A DNA stretch of 64,000 nt from Asterias rubens. Lineage: Eukaryota. The stretch lies in the NCBI RefSeq assembly GCF_902459465.1, contig NC_047079.1, positions 7,254,001-7,318,000 on the forward strand, written 5' to 3'. The notes below the pieces were generated by a model. It was not told the DNA's origin and did not search any database. It worked only from the letters and a program-made list of their open reading frames with translations. The translations under genes were made by a program, and so were the position numbers. Below are positions 12,488 to 24,400 of this stretch, in pieces. How positions within the stretch are numbered: the stretch's first letter is position 1; each line of letters opens with the position of its first letter.

Positions 12488-15400
12488 AGTGGCAACGGAC
12501 GAGAACGGACTACGCCAAAATCATGGAAAAATATATTTGCAGTTTGTAACACCATACAGCCTTTTGCGGGTGAAAGGAGTGATGAAGTCGCTAGTAATCC
12601 TTCCAAATCATATTGCCTTACTGTTCAAGTAGTTGAAGGCTTAGCCAAATCGGTAAGTTGCAGTTCTGGTTTTAACTTTTAATTTGTTGTTTTAGGGGTG
12701 TGTGCAAATGTTAATTTAAAAGACAAGTCGACCTTAGCCTTTTATACCCGACTTTGACGTTTTGTGCAGCAGGTGGTCGACGAAAATGTTTCGCCTTTTG
12801 CCCTTTACGAAGAAAGTTTGCTGGGATTGGGGACCAGCTTGACCTTGCTCATTCATTTGGGAACTTTTAAACATATCAAATGAAAGAATTTGTGCTATAG
12901 GGTCATTCCGTGTCAAATCAACCAGTGGTCCCCAGGTGACCCTCTCAGATTTTGATGAAACTTCATCAGAATGATTGGATGTTGCAAAAATGAACACATA
13001 CAAAAAAGCTAAGTCATATTCCATGTCGTTTTCGAGATATGACCGTTTGAAATTTGGCCGAGGCGGCCATTTTGTGCTCGCGCGAGACGCGAAAAGTGAT
13101 TTTTTTGATAATTTCCGACTTTGAAAGCTCATAATTTAGTTTTTGTACCAGGTAGAGAGCTCAAATTCAGTATTCCATCTTACTTTTTGCCAAATTTCAT
13201 GAATCTGCACTCAATTTAAATGTATTTCCTTTAATTTTCTAGTTATGGTCACCCAAAGTAGGCACTTTAATCAGCCGAAAATGTTTTTTGTGATTTTTGG
13301 GGTCACCCTGTGCCCACATGAGGGGTCAAATAAATCCTATATTCCCTAGGTATTATCTATGGGAGCATGTTTATACCCATAAGCAATTATAAGCTCACCA
13401 ATGCAATAATTTAGAAATAGCATGGGCCCAAAGTTGGTTCCAGCCAGAAAAAGGTCAAAAAGACCCCGCCCGTCTTGACCCCGGTTGACCCCGCGATCAA
13501 TTGAAATGTTTTTTGAAATTGATACCAGTTAAACATATATATTATATCTACTTATACACCAATTTTCAGCTTTGGCACTCAACTCCTTCATGGTGTGGTG
13601 GCAATTTGAATATTATATGTTTTTGGCACATTTTAATGTAATATCATACAGTATACATGTACATGTACATTCATGTACACATGTACAATACATGGTAAAA
13701 TATGTTTGAAGCTTGTGTAACTTATTTTTTTCTGGCTAGCAAAAAAGTAAGTTTATTTGTGTTATTGTTTTTAGAAATGGGTTGATGATGCATGTTTTTA
13801 ACTGCAATAAATAATTTAAGGCAGGTACCACAAAGTGCTGCAAAATTCTCCCATAACACACACAAAATATTGGAACCATACCCCAGTATGGAACCATACC
13901 CCAGTGTACCGTGTGTAGTTTCACTTGAAACATGGATCAAACCACACAATACAAATTAAATCTGCCAGTACTTAACACTAACTATCTGTCATATTCTTCT
14001 CTGGTTTTAACCCAACCCCAGTCCCCTTTGTTTCCTCCATGCTATGTTTATGCTGGTTAAACTTTCCAATCACATGGTCACCTCATTTGCATATTAAACG
14101 CTGGTATTACTTTCCATACACTACTTTTTTAGAACAATACTTCTCTAATGTGTATCACATGCAAACACTCATTTCTCAAACAAAATATGTACTTGTGTAT
14201 CACGCAGACACCACAGATGCCAATGCGTTGATGTTACTTTTTGCTAGCCAGAAAAAATAAGTTACACAAGCTTCAAACATATATTACCATGTATTGTATG
14301 TGTACATGAATGTACATGTACATGTACACTGTATGATATTACATTAAAATGTGCCCAAAACATATAACATTCAAATTGCCACCACACCATGAAGGAGTTG
14401 AGTGCCAAAGCTGAAAATTGGTGTATAAGTAGATATAATATATATGTTTAACTGGTATCAATTTCAAAAAACATTTCAATTGATCGCGGGGTCAACCGGG
14501 GTCAAGACGGGCGGGGTCTTTTTGACCTTTTTCTGGCTGGAACCAACTTTGGGCCCATGCTATTTCTAAATTATTGCATTGGTGAGCTTATAATTGCTTA
14601 TGGGTATAAACATGCACCCATAGATAATACCTAGGGAATATAGGATTTATTTGACCCCTCATGTGGGCACAGGGTGACCCCAAAAATCACAAAAAACATT
14701 TTTGGCTGATTAAAGTGCCTGTTTTAGGTGACCATAACTAGAAAATTAAAGGAGATACATCTAAATTGAGTGCAGATTCATGAAATTTGGCAAGAAGTAA
14801 GATGGAATACCAAATTTGAGCTCTCTACCTGGTACAATAATTAAATTATGAGCTTTCAAAGTCGGAAATTATCAAAAAAATCACTTTTCGCGTCCCGCGC
14901 GAGCACAAAATGGCCGCCTCGACCAAATTTCAATGGGTCATATCTCGCAAACGACATGGAGTATGACTTAGCTTTTTTGTATGTGTTCATTTGAGCCACA
15001 TTCAATCATTCTGATGAAGTTTCATCAAAATCTGAGGGGGTCACCTGGGAACTTTTCTGAAAACTGGTTGATTTGACACGGAATGACCCTATACCTTTTG
15101 GAATAAAATGTTGGTTTTGAATGATTTAAAACAAACAATCATACAATCTCCTTCAAAGTTCAGGAGTTCAGTCCTTGACTTTGACCTTGACCTCGTCCTC
15201 ATCATCTGTCAAAAAAGTCAATTGAATTGGTTGGATATATATTCTTTCTTTGTTTTTTTATCATAATTGCTTCTCTCCACCCATATGAGTACAAAGTAAA
15301 GGGTAGTGTGTGAGAGAGAGAGAGAGCTTGGGAGTGCTTGTTGATGGGCTGGCATCCTTTCCATAGGGGAAAAGAAATATTCTGAGTCGTTTAATGCCAA

Positions 15401-18400
15401 TTAAACCAAATATAAACACTGGTCTGATGATCCATCTCATTATGATACTACACAGAAAGTTTCTTTATTTACACATTTAACTCTAAAAAATACTTTATTT
15501 TCCTGTACTAAATATTTGTGTTTTAACTTTTAAGCGCTGTGATTTAAGTTTTATAAGTAGAACGTATTTAAAATGCCGTTTATTATTGTTATTATTATTA
15601 TTGTTAACTTTCTAACTCGTCAGTGAAATTCATAAAGATGATAACGAAATGAGTCAACTTGTTATCGGGCAGGTAGTTTCATTTTTTTACCCAACAGCTG
15701 ATTTAACAAAAGTAAATAATACTAATTAATATAGTAATAGACTGCTTTCAAAGAAGAGTAAACCAGTAAATACAAATCTGAAATGATTTATTTAATAGCC
15801 TATTTTCTCACTTTTCATCACTGGCCAAGTTGTGTTTGTATAAACTGGAGTCCCTGTAGCTGGCTGACCTTCAAATGCTGTTGTTGTAGCCAACCGCCTT
15901 AACCATTATTCTATTAGCTGAAGTCACTTGACTTAGATAAAGATTTAAACAAATTGTTGGTTAAAAAAATTACCGCAATAAAAAATTTGTGTTAAAGTGC
16001 AACTTTTTGTAAAATTTGCTTTGTGACATTATAAATTTCTCAGATGAATGTGAGGTTTATTTACAATCTGAGTGAATGTACATGTACAGTACAAGTTCAC
16101 CCGTACGTAGCTGGTTTACAATTATAAATAGCGCCCTCTTTTGATTTTTAGAAGCCTCCACCAGGCATTAGGCTAATGGTTTAGGTTGTACTTCAAAATT
16201 GTTGCAATGATTGACTCATAATGTAATTTTCAACACAGAAATATAAATTTTGGTTAAAAAACCCAAAAAACAATACATTGTTACTTTACTTACCCATCCT
16301 TAAATGTCTTACAAGTCTTTTCTACATGTATATGAATAATTGTTGAATGTAAAATATTTTTTGGGGGATTCAGCTGAACATTATGTTTCTCAACGTCTGA
16401 AATATAATTATAAAAGGTAATTGTTATCTCCCATAAAAAGAATTGTATTTTCTCTTGACTGGTAAACAATTATAATTTACTTAATTTTTTTTTTTTTACT
16501 GCATTTTTTTAAAAGTTTACATTTGTTTTCTTCTTTTACATTTTTTTGGAAAGGAGGTGAAAATAGTAATCTCATTAGCAATTTAAGTTTAATCATACAT
16601 TGTAGACATGCTCTATTGCGCTGAACAAAGGGAACAAGTCAAAAGCTAAGCAGGTTATGCAGACAAATGCCTTGTTTGATTATGCTTTTAATGCACAAAT
16701 TTAGACAAAAACATTTGGCAGTACTTGACAAGCTGTCTCGCATAATTTATGTACACTTCCTGTCAGCAATCATTACCAGTGGAAACATCACTCTGCTAAT
16801 TGAGCAAATGGCAGTGTGGCTCAGTTCTTTCATTCTCACTCAGAAATAGCGACAGACAAAAACCCTAAATCCACCGACTCGCTCCGACAAGTCTTGTTAT
16901 CATTAACAGGAATGCCTAGCAACCATTTGCATTGTAGGTGTAGGGTGGTTATGAGACAAAGACATTTCAATAGCCCTTTACTTGTGCTCTTTACCCTCCC
17001 CCCCCCCCCCCCCAGCCCCAGCATGTAGTGTATTGTATTTATAGATCCACTGACCTACATTTTCTTAATTTGAATTTGAGTGGCAGTAACCTTCACTTTG
17101 CCTGCTATTTATCATCATTACCTGTCACTCTTTCAGTGTAAATTGCTGTCATGTTTTTTCCCTTTAATTTATCATCATCTCAGTATTAATAATCCGACTG
17201 TATTTAAAAAGAAAAACCTAATTTACTCTAACGCATTTTTTAGAGGATGTGAAAAAGTGGACCTTGTTTTCTTTCCCGATATTATGAACAAAATTCTCTT
17301 TATAAGGAAACACCCAATTATTAAGAAGTATGGCAGGGGTTACTAAAAGATTGTATCTTGGCAAATCATGAACAAGATAAATGGCAATTTTTGTAAACCT
17401 CTTTTCTAAATTATACATGTCATAGGGAGAATAAGCACTGAGCAGAGTACATAGTATTGTTCGCCGACCTCAAGACCACATTGGTTATTCCCAAAGCCAA
17501 CACTTCTCCCAATAAGGTTGTATTCATCTTTGCACTCACCAAGTTTACCAATAATTATTCTTTTATTGTAAAACCTTTATTAAATATAAACTAAATAGAA
17601 TTGCAAACTGAACAAGAAATGTCAGAAAGCTTTGGGTTATGAAATTTAAGAGAACTTACCAAGTTTAGGTGTAAAAGGCAAACGACCAAGAAGATTGAAA
17701 GCGATTTCTAAGCATCATGCAGTCAATTTTATACCTTCTGCTACTGACAAGACTGATGTCATGTCCTCTGGCACATAACACCTCCACACCTGTATCTCCT
17801 TTCCCCTTAACGGAGTAATTGATGACAGGTGTAATTGATCACAGGGAACAATCCTAGAACATCTCAACCGCCTGTCTTCATTCCTTCCCCATGTTGATTT
17901 TCGGACATATGAAGTAATATTTCTCTCCACCTCACCTTCCGTCGTTCTCCTGGTATATTGACTTCATTAGATTTACCGTAGGGCAGTTAGACTATATAAA
18001 TCTTCTTATAAAAAAATGAAACAAAAAATCCTTTCTCCTGCTTGTGTTTTTATTTTTTATTTGTTTTTATTATTTCACAAATATTTAAATAACGAAGTTC
18101 TTTTGTAACTATCCTGCGTAATATATTGTTGTCTTAGTCTTCTACTTTTAGGGTACATGTACATAATGCACACTTCTACCCGCACAGCAGTGACTCTAAA
18201 CGCAGAAACCTGTGTGCAGAGGTGGTCTCTTTGTTTACTAAATTGTTCATCTTTAAATCTTTAAGCAGCCCTCGCCAATCCTCAACACAGGATATTAGAT
18301 TGAGATAATATCTAGCAACCCCCCCCCCCTCAACTCAAGGATCTTGTCTGCCCAACATCATCATAATAATGAGATGCATTTAGGTCGCCTTTTAAGCACT

Positions 18401-21400
18401 TGGCGTCAACTTGACCTGACTCAGTTGTAAATGCCTCGCTTCTCGATTGCCAAGGTCTCAATTGGAATTGATCCTTCAATATTCACCACAGGATTTACTG
18501 TACCAAGACTAAATTACCATGGTAACATAAGAGCACAATATACACACAGTGCCTGGCTTCTACATTTTTGTTGTGGATGGTGATTGGAGATCTTGTCACT
18601 TGATAAGTGGGTGTGTTTTGTTGTTGCTGTTTGGTTTATTTATAGAGGTCTTTCTTCTCTGAGTATTGCTACTTGCAGAATATTTACTCAGCCACGCTGC
18701 AGACTTGCATACATACATAGAATTGACCATGTGTACATTGTGCTTTGTGTGTGCTGACTATCCACAACTTGGCATTGAAGTGAATTGATTATTTTTGTAT
18801 TCATCTTTTGGAGGTGAATTTTAGAATCATAAAAGGATAAAACGTTAATGTTTGAATGATTCATGGGGTTAAGTGTCAAACCTGCCTCGGGCGGTACATT
18901 GCTGTTATGACTGGTTGTTAAGGTCTCTGCGACGACGATGTGTATTCCTTCGATATTGAACAATTTGTCCATCAAAGAGGAAGGAAGTATTAGCCACAAC
19001 CATCATTCCGTTATACACCTGTTCGGAGCTCATTTCGCTGATCGCTAACGATGACAGGAGACAAATGTTTGAGCAGATGTCTTGTATGCCTGTGACAGAG
19101 GACTTCTATTTCTAAGGGTACATGTATATTAGAGAAGACTGATCCAGAAAGGCACTTGATCACCCAGGCGTGTAATTTCCTTGGATTTTGTCCTGAATTA
19201 TGGATTTTCTTCAATAAATCTCCTTGAGTCTTCATTTCTTTAAAGCCGTGAAACAGACATTTGGGGGAGAGAGAAGTTGTCAACATTGTATCATAGTTTT
19301 GTGTTTATGGTGATGAAAAGAATCTGAACCTCCTGAATTGTAACATCTGGGAGGAAATTCATTTATACGAGCCATTTTTAGGAATTTTTTTATTTCTCAA
19401 ATCCCATCCACGATCAGTGAATATGAGAGGAAGATATTGATACAACGTCAACAGCATCTCTCAGATATTTGCACCCGCTGCTTGTGGCTAACTCAGAAAT
19501 CCATCGAGCAGTTCATCATGGCAGTGTGTTTGCCTTTTGCTGTAGAGTTTGTAGACATGGAATATCAAGCGCTCCAAGAAACGTGATCTCACATGATCTA
19601 GTACTCTGTGGCATAGACAGTGTCAACAATGGTTGCGATTGCTTCATTTGCAGACGCCGCTGTTTTTCTGTATTTTACACGGTCATTAGTATCCATAGAA
19701 GGTGTCACAGCTGGACCTGCATCGACAATAAAAATGTCAAGACCTTGATCTTTATTGTTTGAAGACCAATTCATTCGTTTATTTTCAGTGATCAACGAAA
19801 AATTGGAATTAATTATGTTCATAGTACAGAGACGTGTTTTTTCATCAATCTGTTTGGAGTGATTCGATGTACTCGGCACTGATGATGATGATCGGACTGC
19901 AATAAATGTAAAAGATGAACTCTCAAGCATCAGGAAGTATGGGTAGGCTGCGGGTACCAACCATCTCTCTGGCCACACCCGCTCTGCTGGAACCGCCCAA
20001 CTTTTCCAGCACTGGACGGTTATCAGCCACCCTCAACACCCTCCCGAGCCAAATATCAACAACTCGTCCTAAATCTAACCAATCTTTTCAAACTTTGACG
20101 CAAACTTTTACTCAGACTTTGACTCTAGCAAGAGTGTCTCAAACAAAGCAGGAGGTCAGAAACTTAAGCAAGTTTTTCTCGGAGCATTCTGTTATTCCGG
20201 CTGCTTCTAGACGGACTCTCTTAAAAGAAAGCACGCAGGAAGATTGGGTGCCATTTTGTGTAACGATACTTTTTGTGGATGGGATACCACAAGCAAAAGA
20301 ACATTCCTGGAGCTTTGAAGATGAGGTACCAAACTGCATGTTTTGTGATGTTTTCCTCTCAAATTTCAAGCTGAAATCATTTATTTGACTTTCCTTCTTG
20401 TTTCTTGTTTCTTGTTTCTTGCTTCTTGTTTCTTTAATTATTCAAATGACCTAGTTTTAAAGTTTTCTGTAAAATATTTATTGTTTGTACGTGTGCAGGA
20501 AGAGGGTGAGAGGTTATACTTCCATAGCCACAGGCCAGGTTTGATCAAAATGCCATAGTCCCTTTAACCAAAGTACAGGCAGGTCTGGGATTTCATCTTT
20601 GATAGGGCAAGGTCATTTTCATTTTGCAAAGGGCACTTCCATTGAAAACTTAAAGTCTATCATCGGTGTCTATTGTGAACTTTTCAACGGGCACTAAGAC
20701 CAACACATTGGGCAACAATGACCATGGCCTCCTTGCCTGTAAGTGAAATATGTGTACGTGATGTAACCCTTCATCAATCTTAAACGTAAGAAATCTGTTT
20801 GTTCTAAAGTTCTAAAATCGTTCATATTTTTATCTGTAGGAAGAGGAAGGTGTGAAGATTGAATATGAGATCAGACTGCACCTTTTTGACTTGACGTACA
20901 CCATGTTCTTTGGGCGTTCGTGGGTCGGGCCTCGGCGTACAATCAAGAAAGGCGCAGCTCAGAACACAAGGCTACAGTGCAATGTGGTAAGGTTACTGTA
21001 CATTGTACAGTGTAATTAGGAGCTTTGAGTGGTGTTTTTTTTAGTGCAAAATGTATTGAACTTTTCTAATGTGGGAAGGTAGAACAGATTTGGTTGTTTT
21101 GGGGAGTTTTTTTGTGTTCAAGGGTCACTCTACTAGTCAATATTTCTTTCTTCAACCCCGAATTAATAACAAGCTGAGGTTTTTGGTTCAAGTCCCACTC
21201 TAGTCAATAATTCTTTCTTCTACCCCAAAATAATAACAATCCAAACTGTTTCAATAGGTAGTATATTCCTGGTAAGATTAGCCTGTTTTGATGACATCTC
21301 TGCGGCAGGGGATTTAAGCGACTGATAATCGCAGGGTGTTGCGATTGAGGTAGGCCTACCTTAAATTTTCATTGGGTCGCCGTCCTAAAAATTTTCAAGC

Positions 21401-24400
21401 CGCTGCTCTAGTCATCATCAGGAGACCAAAGAGTTTGTCACACCATCTTGGCCATATTTTCATCATCTCAAACAATTTGATGTTTCAAACAATTTTTCAA
21501 CAACCATGACCTCCATTTGACCATTCCTTTGCAGCCAGTGTATTTTCACACCTCGTTAGCCGACCCCAACATCGTCATAGTAATTGAAATAGTACGGGTC
21601 ACTGTACCAAAGCTCGGCAAAGCTCAACACATGTCAAGTGGATGGGGAATCTTAAGAATTTTCCAACAAGGTAAATATTTGTTCAAAAATAAACGTCTGC
21701 TTCTCTTTCTGGAAATGTCATAAGATCTTAAAATCGAATGCAATTCGGCACTTCATCTCTTCAGCTGTGATTTTAAACACAGGACTCAATTTTGGAAACA
21801 AAATCCTTAAGACCGCAGATGTACCTCAGAATCTTAAATGGACTGGAACTCTGTTGGCCTTGGTGCCACTTTCAAATGTTCTTATCAACTTTAAGATTTT
21901 CCAACAGAAGTGCCCTTGGATTGCCCTTGGCAAATTAAACACCGCCTCCCATTTCATAGAAACATGAAACTCCAATCAGCTGTTAATAAATCTACCATTT
22001 GTTTGAGTTTGTGGTTTCACCAATTTATTGAATTTTTTAGAAATTACGGAGAACTTTTTATTTTTTTTTATTTTTCAAAGGCGATTTCACCGATACATCT
22101 CATAGTACGCCGGCACCTGTCAAGAGAGTAGATTTATTTCATGGATCTCCAAGAGCTCTCTTCTTCCTTGGAGATGACATTGAAGGTAGGCCCTCCCCGC
22201 TGACAACTCCCTCCTGGTCCCACCCCACCCACACCCTAAACAGACTAGCTTCTGATCAAGAAAGTTGACTCGCTTCGTGGATACATTGTGTATTACACAC
22301 TGTGTTATCAGTACTTTCCCGAGTTCTGTTCTTTCTTTAAAGAGCTCAGGAAAGTACTCAGTAAACAGTGCTTTAAAATACAACCTTGGAAGCTACATGT
22401 ACACGGCTTGTATGGCTTCCGACTGGCACCACCGAACAAAGACAAAATAGGGAGACCACCAACATCTATAGAGCTAGATAGCTCAGTTGGTAGAGCACTG
22501 TTATTAGGAGGTTGTTGGTTCAAATCACGCTCAAGTGAATTGTTCTTTGTTCAAACCCCCAAATAAGTACCAAAAAAAAAATCTCTCAGTTTCCCTTGTG
22601 GTTTATTATTTGATAAGTGTATATTCATTTCATTTGTTGCTGCAGGAAATAAAAAGCTGACGATCATATCTGAGTGTCAGTTTTGCTACACGATACGCAC
22701 CCATCGTTATATGGATAAAATCATGCATCTACTACCTGAGAACGTACTGGTGGGTGGCAATGAACTGATACCCGGTGTGACTGTGGTGGATCCAAAAGAT
22801 GGTATGTGGTCAATTGTCAAACTACGGCCGTGTCCAAAACTGCGGCTTCAGCATGTCTGCCAGTGTTTAAGAACGGGGAGACATGCACAATCTAGCCGTA
22901 GCTGTAGCCGAAGTTGCTGTTTCGGACACGGCTTATCTTCTGGCTTCTCACCAGGGCCCAATTTAATAAAGCCTGTAAGCACAAAAACTTGCTTAGCACA
23001 GAATAGTATTGCCTAGCAGAAACTCGTCACCAGCCCAAATTACATCACGCTTGCATTGTTGTGGCTGGTGCCCCACTCAATTTTTGCTTAGCAGTATTTT
23101 CTGCTTAAAACAACTTTATGAAATAATTTTGCAACGAAGACATTTGCTAAACAATTTCTTTTCATCGACTTAAGAGAATTTGTGATCATTGTTAACTTTG
23201 TATTACCGTTATTTTTGTGACAGGTGGGGACAGTTTACGTCGACCTAAACCCATGAAGCAGGTGCAAGCCGTTATCGATAAGCTCTCCCTCATCCTCTAC
23301 CCAAATATTGATCAGTTTGAAGAAGATCTATGCAAGCATTTAAACTCAGACCGACTATCCATGGTGAGTGCTAAAGTTTGAGTTAAGTTTTGAATATCTG
23401 CATGTGTACCTAGATCTAACTTTATCAGAGAAAAAAAAAACGTTTTGAAAATCATGGCCCAACTTCAGAAACTTGTTAAGTAGAAAATACTGCTAGGCAA
23501 ATTTCTTTGCTAAGCAAAAAAAAAGTGGGGCACCAACTGTAACATTGTTAACTTTAAAGTATCTTGGCCTGTAACCAGTTTCTATTATGCGGAATTATCT
23601 GTGCTTAGCAAGGTTCTATGCTTACAAGTTTTATAAAATTGGGCCTTCTTCTTTTAGCAAACTCTTCTCTGACAAGTTATAATTTGTTGTAAATTTCTGA
23701 TTCAGGAGCACGTCCAGACTGAGAAGTCAAGTGTCGTCGTCTCAGAGCGAAGACTTCAGATTGGTGTCCACAATGGCTGGGGGTACATCAGTAAACCACA
23801 GATCCTTCTCTTAGATACCTCTGACTCGTCCATGGCTAGAGGAGGCATCAGAGGCAGTATGAAGAAGACAAAGTCAAGACAAGGCTCGGCAGAATCTAGG
23901 TAACAGGCCCTCAGAAACACCCACAGCACCCACAGCAGTTGCCATGGTGCATTTTGCTGTGGTGCCCTTTGGTAAATTCCAATACAAATTTACATTTTGC
24001 TCAAAAAAGAGCCCTTACCAGAGGAAAATTAATGTGCCCCTTTAAGAGAGAAGTTCAAGACCTGGTAACATTAGTACCTCCTTAGAGGAGAAATTCAAGG
24101 AGAGTTTCAAGAGTTCAAAATGATCCAAACAGTTGTTTTTTTAAAGCTTTTTAGGTCGGAAACATAAGACATACATTTTTCCAAAGCTGCAAGTATGATG
24201 CCCTCTAAAGAAAGATTATGATTTCATTTCTGCTTCTAGGGAGAATCTTGGATCTGCTTTACTTGTCAAGAATAAGATTACTTTACCTTATCTTGTTGAT
24301 AGTCCATCGTTCGCAATTGTGTTCTTTCTTGAGTACATCGTATCCATGCCAACATCTACGCAAGACAAAAAGGTAAATCTTGTCAGTTATGTGATGAAAA

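Noticed and set aside
12734-13132. 132-aa ORF, and the 13722-14260 ORFs, as a transposase
   Set aside because: They lie in the TIR or spacer of the foldback element with no DDE or DNA-binding motifs.
21700-22400. Minus-strand L1/Tx1 zf-RVT-like remnant (HFCWKIL)
   Set aside because: The match is very weak and overlaps a bona fide NPHP4 exon (22081-22185) on the plus strand.
22481-22565. tRNA genes (also 590-680, 5903-5955, 52320-52400)
   Set aside because: A/B boxes are present, but there is no complete cloverleaf or acceptor stem and they run into SINE body sequence.
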